A stretch of DNA of 64,000 nt from assembly GCA_050943115.1 (NCBI GenBank), contig JBMNON010000006.1, positions 963 to 64,962 of the forward strand, read 5' to 3'. The notes under the pieces were generated by a model. That model saw only the letters and a list, made by a program, of their open reading frames with translations, was not told the DNA's origin and did no database searches. Source of the DNA: Patescibacteria group bacterium. GTDB taxonomy: Bacteria > Patescibacteriota > Microgenomatia > UBA12405. Below, piece after piece: positions 30,801 to 40,402 of the stretch (its first letter is position 1; each line of letters starts with the position of its first letter). The position numbers and the translations under genes are program-made.

Positions 30801-31670
30801 TGCCCAATCTGTAGTCCAATTTATTCTGGCAGTATAACCGGAGCTATAAGTGCAAGAAGGATTATCAACACAAAAATAGAGATAGTTACTTGAAGCAGCG
30901 CTGATTTTCCAAAAAAACTTTATCTCACCATCTTTGGCCATATTGACAGTGGTTTCCAAATGGGAGGTTTGGCCGCTTTGTAAGATAGGTGTTTGGGCTG
31001 ATTGGCTGCCATCAGTTGCCGAGGTACCGATCTCCCAATTGGCATGTCCACCGGTTATCCAACCATCCGGTGGGAATGTTCCTCCCTCAAAAGATTCTGT
31101 GACAGAAGAAGATACCGAGCATGTTTCCGGCTGAGGCGTGGTTCGCAGGGCAGCAATACGGTTTCTGGTAGTAGAACCATTATCTACAGTTGTAAAACTA
31201 CCACCTGCATACAAAGTTGACTTATCAGGGCTGAGTGTTAATGCTCTGACTTCATAGTTTGGGTTGGGGGCCCAACTGGTATCGATGCTACCGTCGGCAA
31301 GAATATGGGCGAGATTTTTGATATTAGTACCTGGTATTGCCGGGAAGGTACCGCCAACAAACCAACCACCACTACCATCCGGAACGGAAGCGTAAATTGA
31401 ACCGTTTCCGATTTTTAAAAAGTTAGGTGTTACGCTACTACTGCCAATATCATATAAAGCACCAGCGCCGGTTTGAGGTCCAACATATTTAAAATCACCC
31501 CCCAGGTAGACATTATTACCGTCAACTTCCATATCATAAACCTTGCCATTAGTAACCCAGAGATTACTGTTTGGTGTGGTTGATTGGGCGTTGGTAAAAG
31601 AAGAGGAAAAGAAAAAAAGTAACAATAGGAATATTGATAAAAATAGCGGCTTTAATTTTTCTAAATGCAT
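21834..31670 (-). CDS. giant (3,278 aa) secreted, membrane-anchored surface protein: delta-60-type beta-propeller repeats, 3 MAM-like modules, Calx-beta, 2x(helical plus FN3), PT/S/A tract, CarboxypepD_reg-like domain, C-terminal TM plus RRR tail
   Basis: There is a signal peptide [29 protein letters not shown]. Dozens of ~55-60-aa repeats follow the pattern YVGGxFTxVxGxxRxxLAAxDxxxGxxxxWxP. Three copies of an ESFEG(G/V/D)xFPP(D/E)xW... module are present. A Calx-beta-like segment reads [18 protein letters not shown]...[12 protein letters not shown]. Two FN3-like segments end in DTTYYY. The C-terminus has a hydrophobic helix followed by RRRLVEER. Confidence 0.85.
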   Translation of the reverse strand: MHLEKLKPLFLSIFLLLLFFFSSSFTNAQSTTPNSNLWVTNGKVYDMEVDGNNVYLGGDFKYVGPQTGAGALYDIGSSSVTPNFLKIGNGSIYASVPDGSGGWFVGGTFPAIPGTNIKNLAHILADGSIDTSWAPNPNYEVRALTLSPDKSTLYAGGSFTTVDNGSTTRNRIAALRTTPQPETCSVSSSVTESFEGGTFPPDGWITGGHANWEIGTSATDGSQSAQTPILQSGQTSHLETTVNMAKDGEIKFFWKISAASSNYLYFCVDNPSCTYSSGYTARINWTTDWAEVTVPLIAGSHTLTWKNQRTSTLNYSANRGWLDNVRIYEYESYPCGGGTSLARLWNPNSNNTVRAITTNSTGELIYVAGNFTTIRGVTRNRLAQIDLSGQPTDFNPISSVYQYNIADIDLNNDDSVIYLAGDFRDINIGGQLRTYFAAINTSTATALDFNPAPNGYVYDILYDNDKVWLTGSFTTIGGLSRNRVAAVNSLTGETLDWNPVLPTSNYFYGYALESIGDKIYVGGRFDNASTGTGIIFNHLFVINKSDGSGIINPPMADGYVQELFYDPDSSKLFIGGDFKSVGGVYRRYFAILDAVTGAAKDWAPNPFSYVYSIAAKDNIVYVGGSFTSFEGPQYFSRLAALDVCSQTIVNWNPLLDSTVRTLEFNHDKSVLYVGGDFTRVGDQVRYRLAAFDTSDNSLLDWAPDAADRVLALAYNNNNLYIGGEFEALAGEYRTRIGSVNATTGTLNDWYPGPIESGNSDSYVYSILPTSDGSKIFIGGEFSHVNRLYRPDFVVVDSDGNLLDSVSDSNNGTVKSMSFNSDESQLLVAGSFWNIAGVGATRAAIINMSDYSVADWKPSISSTINTAKFIGNTIFLAGEFITVDGSSCKSLAQFNDYVPESELDCSNPIYWPTITLAPSPTATPTPPPIPSAASIPLPVTGTDMTPTMQFSNHNYMLGRGPEQESGFVYEAQALYESEGYTYIGGEFELFAPATGKAALIDKNTGKVTGNFPHLDDPSSYGDSVYTIVPDGNGGWYVGGWFNHINYSPSEIINLIHVLPDGSVDPDWSPNPNDDVYSLALSPDNSILYVGGYFTEIDGQSRSRLAALNAADGSLITEWTPTTNSYIKSLKLSSDGKQLYLGGYFTSVTASVGTTAIRNRAASVWTPSCPDCVNDSTVVEESFEGVTFPPDNWITGGNLNWGIGTSAFDGSQSAQSPVISNGQTSYLQTTVNLSKDGVLKFNWKVSTYSAGGYLFYCIDNPDCTYSDVPIHQRISGNQDWREVFVPISAGEHTITWKHQRTSTYSTGANRGWLDNVRVYEYTQYPCVDSSVYLTHWNPNISSYIVNTIDIGASGNIYVGGTFATVNGSTPIKNLAAFDLNGVAIPDFQPAPNYEVRSIAAYESDIYAAGHFNEIGGRQLYKLAAVDASTGEARDWSPYNKYWGWTVNLAINDGLLYVGGVYWDMNGDFRHSASAFDLSTRQLTPWAPHIEYGMNVNSFAFDGDRVYMGGDFNSAGGTIVNNLVRIGPDGRVDESWLPVVRGMVNAISRKGNDIIVGGEFLSINNQTRNYLGAIDVDSGETTSWSPYSDDYIYDIAVAGDTIYIGGYFEKINGYDREGLASFEGSNSIPTSWSPSVWGLVNKILPHGSRLYVGGDFSYIDDYTRYNIAAFDIASGQLDSWYPGDAGGNYDGVYDLAASEDILYIAGDFPDFNQEDDKYYLVAVSTEDGSAVEWDPQIDSTVYTIDLTRDSILAGGYFMNAGGQSRHCAAEVFLPTMVGTTCPPLEPLGPAESFEGDVFPPENWSSGGDVLWSHSSTYSSDGAMSAESGVITHNQSSSLSYDVTADQAASLSFSWKVSSESGYDYLVFCHNNPSCSRTSYTHRISGSADWAEFTYNIDAGDHTFTWLYGKDSSSSVGEDKGWLDDVVLVEQSDCVIQAPGAATSWDPSPENGYCDVYELLINNNTVHVGGEFSEILPAQVSQYSFATFGDGIGNTAPPRIEFAHPYTASPQGVGETDIKLILQNGKSASPVTVDYEITGGTAENGVDYLLTSGTATIPSDSYYATIPVSILNPEPETPKTLFLSLSNPVNADLGMYSVTTLNIGDVAGTDPQPPTPDPTSTPTPTPTPTTPSQPPAPSTTPTPTPTSTPTPTPTPTPTPAVSTVSLDSPAHHSYTNSSRPAFSWTLSSDTAHGISSFDLEVDNGSKGDWSLTGIPASGTSDYRQDKYTARYSGFSDGTEDNNTVTLTTHDAAAWTGNQNKGALKEGARHYTLKTNTSQGQPSSSKTVFVDTTDPLLTLTSLNNLSFDPKQSDYSTSNLTPSLQGQIKDLLKGDSKNTKVAAGPRTLELSITRLNPYWLDSLHSTATLNLAASAAWCQSGDPVTDNSLQTDDKCAAFSFTPQEPLPPASYRFDLVATDAAGNTSKTITFTLKVGDFTPQEEEQIETLIDDKLSSASAQDKQQLQKKADTIVKAKDSNKESAWNNFATKAVDTLKNIWKKLADLGREPAARFLGALTDLINSIPYLSQAFKDSLLSSAQSWFNTWFENSRTKISNVKATKIATNSALISWKTNHPSTSKVNYGASYDYGADVQSDLLVKNHTITLSNLDPDTTYYYEVMSHGKTYTYDARHQFATLALNLTPGELADLQALLDTKLSSATAEERALIEQKIAQAQSAKPAQAEKKANSLAQTIADTIKNIAKRSGADISHIVDTITDTLTKLPAKVSQAVKDNILDKAQTWLAKNSTQIKNLRVIKITDTTAQVRWSTNHPATTLLHFAASTDLAYSVASDTLTKNHIVTLTHLNPDTTYYYQATSQGRTLAVSSRQDFATKVYLAKKGKATPTPLPQATPTPLSQPTTTPAIGGGEPTATPAPGQPTSTPSQPSPTSSVIAITSTTPTPLSQPTAITTAPDPSPTPTASLLPSPTTKVGDTSPAPEASPTSSPLATSTPTPTTSASEPTPTSSAIAATDSLTPAPQASAATPTTALADSSQPTPTTALVGTDNQVPPGSLEPPLAQIVPEVTPPLLAALPQPLTHTLQTITTTIDSTRYQLQETPVASQLGQVAATTSEAAAVTSAAYLVAQAAQTSLSALSSASSASLSLWTSLRLLLQQTLYFFLAPVSFFFGFKRQKQLLWGKVTDARHQPLVKALVTLTSGSRIYSTLTDASGFYTLNPAPGSYTLTVKKANYSPLTQPLLFKATRLELNLELTARPQSRPRLLDRLLPHLDAFLRRYYSHLTLLAIVSVAYSYLLYPSALNFLVLIFFVFSLRRRLVEERSLNVKASS

Positions 31671-31739
31671 GAATAGTTACAATCTTTAATTTATTGTAGA
31701 CTAAAAATGCAAGCCCTTCTATGATTAAAACCGAACTCC

Positions 31740-32894
31740 TTATTGCTCTTGATATTCTTGGGAACCGTTGCGGATCATGAGCTCTTTGGGCAGGAATTGG
31801 CGCTGGCTATTGAAGCGCTGATCTTCCTGACCGTGGATGGTGATTTTGACGGCTTTGACACCCGGAACTTGCAGAAGTGTTTTATTGAGCTGAAATGAGG
31901 CTCCTTTTGCCTGACAGTCATCTAATTCCGCTAGCTTTTTATTAAAATCAAGAGTAATAATTCCATCACTATTATCGACCTTTTCCAGTTTTATATTTTT
32001 ATTAAAATTGGTGAAATGTTTTTTCTTGTCATCATCCTGACGAGGGCCTTTAATTAAGGCATCGACAATAGAATTGATTACCTTACCCTTAATTTCTACA
32101 TCCTGCTTTACCGGACTTACTCTGGAACAATCTTTTTCAGAGTTGTTGCTACTGGGAAAGTACAAATTAAAATTACGATCATATTTAACATCAAGCTTTA
32201 GAGATAACTTGACGGATTGAGTGATCTTACCTTTTTCGTTTTTGTGGAATACTTCCAACTGAAGCGGATCTTCACTTTTAATGTTAACCGTCAACAGATC
32301 GAAATTTATAGGAAAAAAGAACTCCGCATACTCTTTACCGCCATCAGAGTTTATATCACAAGAAGCATCTTTGATGAGATAATCACCGGTGCGGCGGTTT
32401 TTTAAATTCAGATAAACCTTTGAATCCTTAATATTTGTAGAACCATAAATTATTTTGCCAAGCGAAATCAATTCGTTTGAACTTACTGAAGTTAAGACTA
32501 TAGAGGGGGCGGTTTTTATCTGAAGCTTGTCGGCAAGGTAATATTTTTTGTTTTCCCTAAAAGCCCCTTCGATATTAACCCAAAACCCCGGCTCCAGGGC
32601 GGTTATTTGTATGGAATTGTTTTTTTCATCAAAAGCTGCGGTTGACGGAGTGAGAGCCACCCTTATTTCCCTATTTTTTTTGTCCTCAACGACGAGGATA
32701 TTTTGACTGGGAAGATAATCAATAACCCGGGCGTAGATATTTTTTTCCGGAAACAGACGATTTTTTATTATTAGTAATACGGGAACTAGAAAGACCGCCA
32801 AAACAATGATCTTTGTTTTTTTATCTATTTTGGTGAAGCCGAGTTTAATTTTTTCTAAATAGAACTTAAGTTTTCTCTGGGTTCGCCTTTTCAT
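31740..32894 (-). CDS. membrane-anchored GerMN-domain protein
   Basis: There is an N-terminal TM helix. The C-terminal segment ALIKGP...GIITLDFNKKL...LLQVPGVKAVKITIHGQ has the GerMN pattern. Confidence 0.55.
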   Translation of the reverse strand: MKRRTQRKLKFYLEKIKLGFTKIDKKTKIIVLAVFLVPVLLIIKNRLFPEKNIYARVIDYLPSQNILVVEDKKNREIRVALTPSTAAFDEKNNSIQITALEPGFWVNIEGAFRENKKYYLADKLQIKTAPSIVLTSVSSNELISLGKIIYGSTNIKDSKVYLNLKNRRTGDYLIKDASCDINSDGGKEYAEFFFPINFDLLTVNIKSEDPLQLEVFHKNEKGKITQSVKLSLKLDVKYDRNFNLYFPSSNNSEKDCSRVSPVKQDVEIKGKVINSIVDALIKGPRQDDDKKKHFTNFNKNIKLEKVDNSDGIITLDFNKKLAELDDCQAKGASFQLNKTLLQVPGVKAVKITIHGQEDQRFNSQRQFLPKELMIRNGSQEYQEQ

Positions 32895-32923
32895 ACTTCC
32901 CTATTCTACCTCATCCGGATTTC

Positions 32924-32985
32924 TCTCTCCTCCACCAAGCGCCGGCGCAGGGAAAAGGCAAAGAAGATGAGAACCAGGAAGTTGA
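32924..32985. repeat. 62-bp near-identical (60/62) direct copy of the 3' end of the giant gene (copy 1 at 21860-21921), encoding the TM plus RRRLVEER tail; remnant ORF fragment
   Basis: Direct comparison shows tctctcctccaccaagcgccggcgcagggaaaag[a/g]caaagaagatgag[g/a]accaggaagttga. On the minus strand the fragment translates to [26 protein letters not shown] and stops 18 nt upstream of the GerMN gene start. Confidence 0.7.
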
Positions 32986-33090
32986 AGTGGGTAATTATAA
33001 ACAAACAAGCATTTCCATGGATAAATGTTGTTTAAATCCAGTCTTTTTAAGTAATTGATTGTTTTATCTTAGTATGGTTTAATCAGGGCG

Positions 33091-33303
33091 ATGGCTGAAA
33101 GAAAAATAAGGACGAAGCCCCAACAATATGTTTTGAAAGGTTTCGAAATGGTGGACGGCGAATCTCCTGCTACACCTTTAAAAAAGAATACTGAACCAAT
33201 CAGGGTGGTTATGAATGAACTGACCGGAGAAGAATTAGCGAGAAGAAGACGGGAGGATCTTTTGGAGGATATTGAGGACAGAGCTAGTCCTTATAGAAGG
33301 TAG
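33091..33303 (+). CDS. small hypothetical charged protein
   Basis: ORF track only. Confidence 0.25.
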   Translation: MAERKIRTKPQQYVLKGFEMVDGESPATPLKKNTEPIRVVMNELTGEELARRRREDLLEDIEDRASPYRR

Positions 33304-33459
33304 AGAAATGCCGATAGCCTGGCTGTTAATTTCAGGTATATCCTTCTTACATTCCCCTTACAATATTTTCACACTGGTCTTATTCTTGAGACATATATTA
33401 GGGTTGAAATTAAATTTTTGGGCTGAAACAAGCTAACGATTCCCCCTGAAAGGCTTTAA

Positions 33460-34512
33460 GTGGTGTTTATGTCGAAACTGATTAAATTAATATTTAGTGA
33501 ATCTTTCAAGAAATTATTGTTTTTTGGTCTGTTGATGAGTCTCTTCTATTTGACCGCTAGAATCGGAGACCCTTATTATGGAAAAAAAGAGAAGGTGAAT
33601 TCGGAAAAGGAAGAAATTATCATTGCTGACGCTAAACAACCGGTATTCGGTTTAATTTATGTTGCCCAGGAAATGGGATATTTTGAAGATGAATCTTTGG
33701 AAGTTAATTTTAGAGAATTTACTACAGGCGAGGAAGCACTAGGCAGTGTAATCAACAAAGAGGCTGATTTAGCAACAGTGTTTAGCAGTCCTGTAATCAA
33801 GGCGGTTTTTGAAGGAAAAGATTTAAGCTTAATATCAACTCTGCATACGTCCTCGGAGAATATTTCCCTTTTGGCCAACAAAAGTAAGGGAATCGATTGT
33901 GTTGAAAAGTTAAAAGGAAAAAAGGTGGCGGTCGAGAAAGGAACCAGTGCTGAATATTTTTTGCACGCTTTAATTAGTGAAAGCTGTCTAAACTTGTGCG
34001 AAATAGAAGTTATTAATCTGCCCAACAGTGAAGGATTAGAGCTTTTTGCCCAAGGCAAAATTGATGGTGTCATGACCTGGAACATGCCTCTTTACAGAAC
34101 AAGGAAGTTATTAGCACCAAACGAAACAGTGGCAATAAATTCCAGGAGTTTAAACGAATATTCGATATTGGTAGGAACAAGGGAGTTTGTAGAGAGTAAC
34201 CCAACAAAGATTAAGAAGTTGCTAAAAGCCCTCTTGAAAGCTGAAAACTTTACCAGAAACAACAAAGAAGAAACAATTAGAATACTGGCTGAAAAATCTT
34301 TTGGGGTTAGTGAATCAGAGATGACTGAAGTGTGGGATCACTTTGAATTAAGACTGGGGTTGGACAATCTGTTTTTAAGTTCGATGGAAAGAGAGGCCCG
34401 ATGGCATATTAATCAGGGGATGTATGAAGCGAGCAATTTGCCAAATTTAAGAAAGATTATTAAGATAGATTATTTGAGTGACTTATCATCGGATAGTGTC
34501 ACCATTTTTTGA
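33460..34512 (+). CDS. NMT1/SsuA-like periplasmic substrate-binding protein
   Basis: It has a signal/anchor sequence. PVFGLIYVAQEMGYFEDESLEVNF...EALGSVINKEADLATV matches the NMT1/THI5-type substrate-binding fold. Its stop overlaps the kinase start by 4 nt. Confidence 0.6.
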   Translation: MVFMSKLIKLIFSESFKKLLFFGLLMSLFYLTARIGDPYYGKKEKVNSEKEEIIIADAKQPVFGLIYVAQEMGYFEDESLEVNFREFTTGEEALGSVINKEADLATVFSSPVIKAVFEGKDLSLISTLHTSSENISLLANKSKGIDCVEKLKGKKVAVEKGTSAEYFLHALISESCLNLCEIEVINLPNSEGLELFAQGKIDGVMTWNMPLYRTRKLLAPNETVAINSRSLNEYSILVGTREFVESNPTKIKKLLKALLKAENFTRNNKEETIRILAEKSFGVSESEMTEVWDHFELRLGLDNLFLSSMEREARWHINQGMYEASNLPNLRKIIKIDYLSDLSSDSVTIF

Positions 34513-36095
34513 TGGAAGCGAAAAAAGCTAAAAATTGGTTTAAGTATTTAAGTTTGGAGAAGAAGGTTTTGTTGCCCATTGTAGTTTTACAGGGATTGCT
34601 TATAGGGACCTTCATATTCTTTTCATTTAACTTAAGGTGGCACGAGAATATTTTTAACGAGAATACTATAAAAATTGAAGAAATTAACAAATTATCAGCC
34701 AGATTGTATGAGCTAAGGAAGAGAATGGACGCCAACGTGTTGACTTACCGATTTGAAAAAGATGAAGATATTGTCAGATTGATAAAACAGGACCAGGAGG
34801 AGTCAGAAATTATTATCGAAAAACTTGGTGATATGGGCAACAGCGAAACCGGGCAAAGGCTAATTGAAAACTATCTGAACATGCAGAGTGGGGCTGAGTC
34901 AATGAGGGACGACTTGATTGCAGCAATAAGAAACGGCGATAATAATCAAATTAGTCAAGCATACCAGCGCTGGTCGGTTAAGACGGACAGTATTGATGCC
35001 GCCCTGGCGGATTTGACCAACTATAACTCAAAAAATATCAGCAGGCTGGCAAATTTACACCAGGGAGTACTGGGCAGTGTCTACCAGATTATTATTCTAA
35101 CGATCCTGTCAACAATTTTTCTGATTATCACCCTTTATTATTATCTGCGAAGAACGGTAACTAAGCCGGTCTTAGAATTATCCAAAGCGGCCAATAAGAT
35201 ATCGGCAGGAAGATTAAACATCAAAATGAAGGTTGAATCCAACGATGAAATCGGCCTTTTGGCGAAAGATTTGGAAAAAATGGAGGTACAACTAAAGGAC
35301 TACTATAAAGGGCTCAAAAATGAAGTAAAGCTAAAGGAAGAAGAGCTGCGAACAACAAGAGAACTTGATAAGAGAAAAGATGACTTTATAAGTATCGCCA
35401 GCCACGAATTAAAAACGCCGATTACCAGTATGAAAATTTTTGCCGAACTTCTCAAAAGGAGGGCCGATATGTCGAGGGATGAGAAATCAGTTGCTTATTT
35501 AAGCAGGATAGATGACCAGATTGACAGACTGATAAGTTTAGTTAGCCAGCTTTTGGATGTATCAAAAATTGAGGCCGGAGGACTGAAGCTGAATAAAAGT
35601 ATTTTCAGGCTTGATGACCTGGTCAAAGAAACTATAGATGAGCTGGAGGAAAACATCCCCAACCATAAAGTTATTACCGACCTTCAAAGAAAACTGAGAG
35701 TCCGTGCTGACCGGGACAGGGTCCAACAGGTGTTAATAAATCTGTTAACCAATGCAGCCAAGTATTCGCCGGATGCCGATAAAATTATTGTTAAGGGTAA
35801 AGTTAATAAAAATAATGAGGTGATTATTAGCGTTAAGGATTATGGAATGGGGATACCAAGAGAGCATCAAGGAAAAATATTTGAAAAATTTTTTAGGGTG
35901 TACGAAGGGAGGGACAGAACTTTTCCAGGGTTGGGGATGGGGCTACACATTGCCTGGGATATTATCAGGAAACATAAAGGCAAGATCTGGTTTGAAAGTA
36001 AACCTGATAAGGGTTCAACATTTTATTTTAGCTTGCCATTAATTATTAAGAGGGAAAGGAGAACCTGGGATGATAAAAAGAGTACTAGTAATTGA
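34509..36095 (+). CDS. sensor histidine kinase (periplasmic helical sensor, TM, HAMP, HisKA, HATPase_c)
   Basis: The H-box is SHELKTPITSMKIFAELL, the N-box is LINLLTNAAKYS, the G1 box is DYGMGIP and the G2 box is GLGMGLHIA. Confidence 0.85.
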   Translation: MMEAKKAKNWFKYLSLEKKVLLPIVVLQGLLIGTFIFFSFNLRWHENIFNENTIKIEEINKLSARLYELRKRMDANVLTYRFEKDEDIVRLIKQDQEESEIIIEKLGDMGNSETGQRLIENYLNMQSGAESMRDDLIAAIRNGDNNQISQAYQRWSVKTDSIDAALADLTNYNSKNISRLANLHQGVLGSVYQIIILTILSTIFLIITLYYYLRRTVTKPVLELSKAANKISAGRLNIKMKVESNDEIGLLAKDLEKMEVQLKDYYKGLKNEVKLKEEELRTTRELDKRKDDFISIASHELKTPITSMKIFAELLKRRADMSRDEKSVAYLSRIDDQIDRLISLVSQLLDVSKIEAGGLKLNKSIFRLDDLVKETIDELEENIPNHKVITDLQRKLRVRADRDRVQQVLINLLTNAAKYSPDADKIIVKGKVNKNNEVIISVKDYGMGIPREHQGKIFEKFFRVYEGRDRTFPGLGMGLHIAWDIIRKHKGKIWFESKPDKGSTFYFSLPLIIKRERRTWDDKKSTSN

Positions 36096-36432
36096 TGACG
36101 ACGAGGCGATTTTGGAGGCGGTAAAAATGGCTTTGGAAATGGAAGATTACGAAGTGGAAACCTTAAGCCGGGGAGATAATGCTGTTGATGCAATCAAGCA
36201 ATTTAGCCCAAAACTAATACTGCTCGACTATCTTCTTTCCGGCGAGGACGGGAGAGAGGTGGCAAGCAGAATAAGAAGCAATAAGGAGTGTAGAGACGTT
36301 CCGATTATTATGTTTTCAGCCCACCCTAATGCTGAAAACTATGTCCGAGGTTATGGAGTCAACGGGTTTTTACCCAAACCATTTGACTTGGATGTGCTGA
36401 TCGACATGGTGGGCAAATACACTAGGGCTTAA
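36070..36432 (+). CDS. single-domain CheY-like response regulator
   Basis: It has VLVIDDDEAIL, LILLDYLL and LPKPF. It overlaps the kinase 3' end by 26 nt. Confidence 0.8.
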   Translation: MIKRVLVIDDDEAILEAVKMALEMEDYEVETLSRGDNAVDAIKQFSPKLILLDYLLSGEDGREVASRIRSNKECRDVPIIMFSAHPNAENYVRGYGVNGFLPKPFDLDVLIDMVGKYTRA

Positions 36433-38056
36433 GTTGTCCCAAAGATGAATAGTTTGGTAGCTGCCGGCTCTCTGAGTCTTCCAACTCATAAATATCAGCA
36501 AAGGGAAAAGAGCCTACAATTTTATATTTGTCCAGAACCCCCGAGTCCTTGACTAGGCGGAAAGTTAAATCATTAATATCGTAAGTCCGCATGACAATCC
36601 ATTTAGCCCATCGGTCGGGTGAGCTGGTAGCACTTTGCCAATAGTCGCCAGTACCTTCATGAATAAATCTTTTCATTGGTAAATCCGACGAAAAGATGAT
36701 GGCGTCATGGGAAGCAGCAGAAATCAGAATGAACTCCTGTGTATCGGAGGCGTGTTCCTTGAGCCAATTGCTGACTTGGGTAACATTTTTTTGGCTGGAA
36801 CCGAAACGGGCGTCGTCAATGGTAACAGCATCAAGGCTTATAAAGGCAAAAAGAAAGATAAATCCGAGTATGCCGGTTATTAAGGGTTTGAATTTTGAAG
36901 CCCTATCGAAAAGGTAACCGACAAAAATGGCAATACTGGGAGCCAGCATGACCCCATAGCGGATATTAAACCAAGTTGTGCCAGAAATACCCTGAACGTA
37001 TAAAACTGAGTGACCCATGAATAAAGCCAAGATGTTGAATATAAGAGGAGCGATTAGTGTAAGTGATCCAAGCTTAATAGAAAAAGGTTGTTTTTTGCCG
37101 AACAGGAGCAGGATAAGACCGATAAAAGCCAGCAGTGCCGGAATGGTGTAAGAATTGTAAAGCAATGAATAGAGATAAATTTTTGAAGATAACAATAGGT
37201 TATATTTGGTAGGCAGGGTGCCGGCCTCTTCAAGCTGGGTCTGCTGGGCGTGAGCCGAAAAAGGCCCAAATATAAAGTAAAGTGGATCCCTAAAAATTAA
37301 AGTATTCCAGGCAAACCAAAGAAAAACTCCAAAGAAAGCCAGAGTAGAAAACAAGATAACAACTCCTTCTACGGTTTTATTTGCGTATTTCTTCCAAAGG
37401 AAAACTCCTAGTAATATCACAGAAAAAGCTAGAAGGAACCAGCCATCATAACGGACCAAGGTAGAAAGCATAATGAAAAAAGCCGATTTTATCAGACTTA
37501 GGACTCTTTCTTCCTTAAAGTACATGGTAAGGTAATAGGCGCCCGCAGTCATGGTAGCAAGGAGAAGCAGTTCTGTCATGGCGGTTGATTGTAGATAGAG
37601 AACATTGATATTGAATACAAAGACCATAACAGCGACCAAGCGGCCTAACATAGCAGTGCCAATCTTTTTTAGGAATACATAAATAATTACAGCTGTAGCC
37701 ACGTAGGAAATCATGGATTGAAGAGCACCTGAAAGACCACTGTGCCACATGAATTCGCTCCAAATGGTTGGAATCATAAGAATATGGGGCAGGGGTAACC
37801 AAACCGATCCCAGCTGGGCCAAACCAGGCTGAATGCCTTCAACAACCCGGCGACCAATATTGAGATGGGAACGGGCATCGTTGTATGCCAAACCCAAGCC
37901 ATTGTTGAAAAAGGCGATGTAGGCGGCAACAGAAATTAGGGTCATATAAAAAACCAAAATGACGACATCATGATCCTTAAAAAATCTAAAAACTTGTTTT
38001 GTATAGTTGGTTTTAAGAATGAGGCTTAGGGTGCCATTTTTAAAAGTTAGTTTCAT
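36422..38056 (-). CDS. GT-C fold membrane glycosyltransferase with a C-terminal extracytoplasmic domain
   Basis: There are roughly 11 TM helices. The first loop contains YNDARSHLNIGRR. The soluble C-terminal domain is about 170 aa. Confidence 0.5.
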   Translation of the reverse strand: MKLTFKNGTLSLILKTNYTKQVFRFFKDHDVVILVFYMTLISVAAYIAFFNNGLGLAYNDARSHLNIGRRVVEGIQPGLAQLGSVWLPLPHILMIPTIWSEFMWHSGLSGALQSMISYVATAVIIYVFLKKIGTAMLGRLVAVMVFVFNINVLYLQSTAMTELLLLATMTAGAYYLTMYFKEERVLSLIKSAFFIMLSTLVRYDGWFLLAFSVILLGVFLWKKYANKTVEGVVILFSTLAFFGVFLWFAWNTLIFRDPLYFIFGPFSAHAQQTQLEEAGTLPTKYNLLLSSKIYLYSLLYNSYTIPALLAFIGLILLLFGKKQPFSIKLGSLTLIAPLIFNILALFMGHSVLYVQGISGTTWFNIRYGVMLAPSIAIFVGYLFDRASKFKPLITGILGFIFLFAFISLDAVTIDDARFGSSQKNVTQVSNWLKEHASDTQEFILISAASHDAIIFSSDLPMKRFIHEGTGDYWQSATSSPDRWAKWIVMRTYDINDLTFRLVKDSGVLDKYKIVGSFPFADIYELEDSESRQLPNYSSLGQLKP

Positions 38057-39629
38057 AGGTGTCTTTTTCCAAATAAATTTTTATGGTATGGGTCAGGGCG
38101 ATAACAGAAACGATGGAAAGAACAATCTTAAAGTAATCGTGGGCAGAAAAATTTTCTGAGTAAGTTTGGCGGAAATATAGAGCTTTGGATCGGTTATTTT
38201 CGAGATGATCCAAATTGCGTTCAAAGGTATATTTTTGCTCTTGTCCGGTTTGTTCTTCAAGGGACAATACCTCGACTTGAGGAGGATTGCTAACACTGGT
38301 CAGGGCACCGGCGGTGTTAACGTAAAGAGAATATGAAAACACCGCCGTAAACAACAAGAGGAGGAGAGGTTTTGTCTTGAACTTGTTTAGATATTGAGAA
38401 ATGGCTACGGATAAAAATGCAAAACCAGGAATAAGATAACGCGGACCAAAAGACCAACCTCCCCACGGATCACCCCAGGACGAATAAATAAGAAGGTTGG
38501 TGATAAAAACCGAAAGTATTAAAACCGCAACCTTCTGGTGTTTTTGATATAGAATGGCAACCCCAAAAAAGGCAATAATGACAAGCGGCCAGTAATTGAT
38601 AACTCCCCTATCGGGGCTAAAGATAAGAATATTCATTCCGTTGACCAGATTTCTAGTGTTGAAAAAAGATAGTGCTGAGCGCTGCGATGCCAACTTTTCT
38701 AACTGAGCTGAAGTATTCGGATCAGCGGAATTGTCAGGTTGGGCTGGCAAGCCATTTTCGTCGATACTGCGAATGTTTTTAACCGTACCGGCTAGCTGTA
38801 AGGGGTTACCATAGCTTTTGTCGTGAACCCAGAAGAAAAACAATAAGGTGGATAGTGAGAAAAGAGGAATAAGAAGTAGGTATTTAAGATTTAGACTGAT
38901 TGCCAGATTATTCTTTAGTTTCCTAAAATTAACCAAACGAATTAGGGAATATACCAGTAAGGGAGAAAACAAAAAAGCATTGGGGTAATCTATCGCTAGA
39001 CTCAGGGGAAATAGAAACCAGGTGATAGACAGAGACTTAAGAGGACTAAACTTCAACAAACTATAAAAGGAAGTAAGGAGAAGAAAAACGGAAAGGTGGT
39101 GCTGGTAAAGGTTGACGGCATAAGCAAAGGCAGTGGAGGCAAAAGTAAAAGACAGGGCGGAAACAAAGGAAGAGTTGGAAGATGCTCCAAGTATTCTTGA
39201 GATTGCTTTTATTAGTAAAAAGTTTAAAAAAGCAAAAAGCAAGATGACAGCATAAGTGCCGATTTGCGAGGAACCTAGGAATTTGCCAATCAAATACCCA
39301 GGAATAAGTACAATGGCAGATCCCGGAGCGAAAAGGGAAACATACGAACCATTATGATAGCCGATATCGGGGATGGCAAACCGGGCGACCGGAAGAGTGT
39401 AACTAAAGGAATCTTCTTCGACGATGGAATAAACAAGTGCGAAACGGCCTCTTTCGGGAGAAGTGTCAAAGGGTCCGGCGTCTTTCCAACTGGAAGTGTT
39501 CAGTTTGGCTACATCGGGATTTCCCGGAATGCCACGAAGGGCGAGAACAAGAACCAACAAGGTCAGGAGATAGGGGGCCAGCCTACCAACCGACAATAGG
39601 GATTTCCCAAGGACTTTTAAAATTTTCAT
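38040..39629 (-). CDS. GT-C fold membrane glycosyltransferase (PMT/ArnT-like)
   Basis: It is polytopic, with a first-loop SPERGRFALVYSIVEEDSF motif and an extracytoplasmic C-terminal domain. Confidence 0.5.
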   Translation of the reverse strand: MKILKVLGKSLLSVGRLAPYLLTLLVLVLALRGIPGNPDVAKLNTSSWKDAGPFDTSPERGRFALVYSIVEEDSFSYTLPVARFAIPDIGYHNGSYVSLFAPGSAIVLIPGYLIGKFLGSSQIGTYAVILLFAFLNFLLIKAISRILGASSNSSFVSALSFTFASTAFAYAVNLYQHHLSVFLLLTSFYSLLKFSPLKSLSITWFLFPLSLAIDYPNAFLFSPLLVYSLIRLVNFRKLKNNLAISLNLKYLLLIPLFSLSTLLFFFWVHDKSYGNPLQLAGTVKNIRSIDENGLPAQPDNSADPNTSAQLEKLASQRSALSFFNTRNLVNGMNILIFSPDRGVINYWPLVIIAFFGVAILYQKHQKVAVLILSVFITNLLIYSSWGDPWGGWSFGPRYLIPGFAFLSVAISQYLNKFKTKPLLLLLFTAVFSYSLYVNTAGALTSVSNPPQVEVLSLEEQTGQEQKYTFERNLDHLENNRSKALYFRQTYSENFSAHDYFKIVLSIVSVIALTHTIKIYLEKDTYETNF

Positions 39630-40402
39630 ATACTTTGTTTGGCCGATTTAATAACTAAAGACTCAAAGTCAACCTGATCGAAAGCGATAATTATTTTTAT
39701 AATTTGTGAAAGGGTCCGAGGAGACAGAAAGCGATGGGAATTAAAGGACATAAAGGTCTGAAGCGTGCCCGGCATGAGACAAGTGACTCGGATACCAAAG
39801 CTTTTTAGTTCCCGGGCAAGAGCAAAAGAGAAGCCTTCCAGGGCATACTTGGTAGCCGCATACAATGTCTTGCCGGGAGAGATGTTGGTATTGTGACTGA
39901 TCTTGGAGCCAATATTAATAATTGTGCCGTTTCTTTGAGATTTCATTGGGGGAATTACGGCTTTGGACATAAAAAAAGCGCCTTTCAGGTTGGTGTCGAA
40001 AATCCGATCATACTCTTCTTCGGAGACATTCTCCAGTGGTTTTTCCAGAAAAGTTCCAGCATTATTGATAAGTACATCTATTCTGCCGAACTTGATGGCA
40101 ACATCGTTTATAAATTTTTGGGTTTGGACCGGTTGGCAGATATCGACAGAACGGAGCATAACCTGGTCTTGGCTATCAGTTGTGAACTCCTTATTCAAAT
40201 CAGTCAGATTACGTGAACAGAGAGCCAGAAGAGTACCGGAATCAATCAGTTCTTTTGATATGCATTTCCCAAGCCCCCTGCTAGCTCCAGTAACAACTAC
40301 GACTTTATCTTTTAGATGGGTGTCAAGCGAGCTGACATCGGGAGGGGATTTATTATTTAATTTTGGCAGAAGAAACATGAATGTCTTCGATTGTTGAACC
40401 AA
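39626..40402 (-). CDS. short-chain dehydrogenase/reductase (SDR)
   Basis: It has the TGASRGLGKCI Rossmann motif, NNAG, and a Y...K catalytic pair (YAATK). Confidence 0.8.
   Translation of the reverse strand: MVQQSKTFMFLLPKLNNKSPPDVSSLDTHLKDKVVVVTGASRGLGKCISKELIDSGTLLALCSRNLTDLNKEFTTDSQDQVMLRSVDICQPVQTQKFINDVAIKFGRIDVLINNAGTFLEKPLENVSEEEYDRIFDTNLKGAFFMSKAVIPPMKSQRNGTIINIGSKISHNTNISPGKTLYAATKYALEGFSFALARELKSFGIRVTCLMPGTLQTFMSFNSHRFLSPRTLSQIIKIIIAFDQVDFESLVIKSAKQSI

Noticed and set aside
21860-32985. A diversity-generating retroelement (template and variable repeat pair) as the explanation for the duplicated 62-bp segment at the giant gene's 3' end
   Set aside because: There is no reverse transcriptase in the window. 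Only 2 of 62 positions differ and the differences are not adenine-specific. The duplicated segment encodes a TM anchor and Arg tail rather than a C-type-lectin-like variable region.
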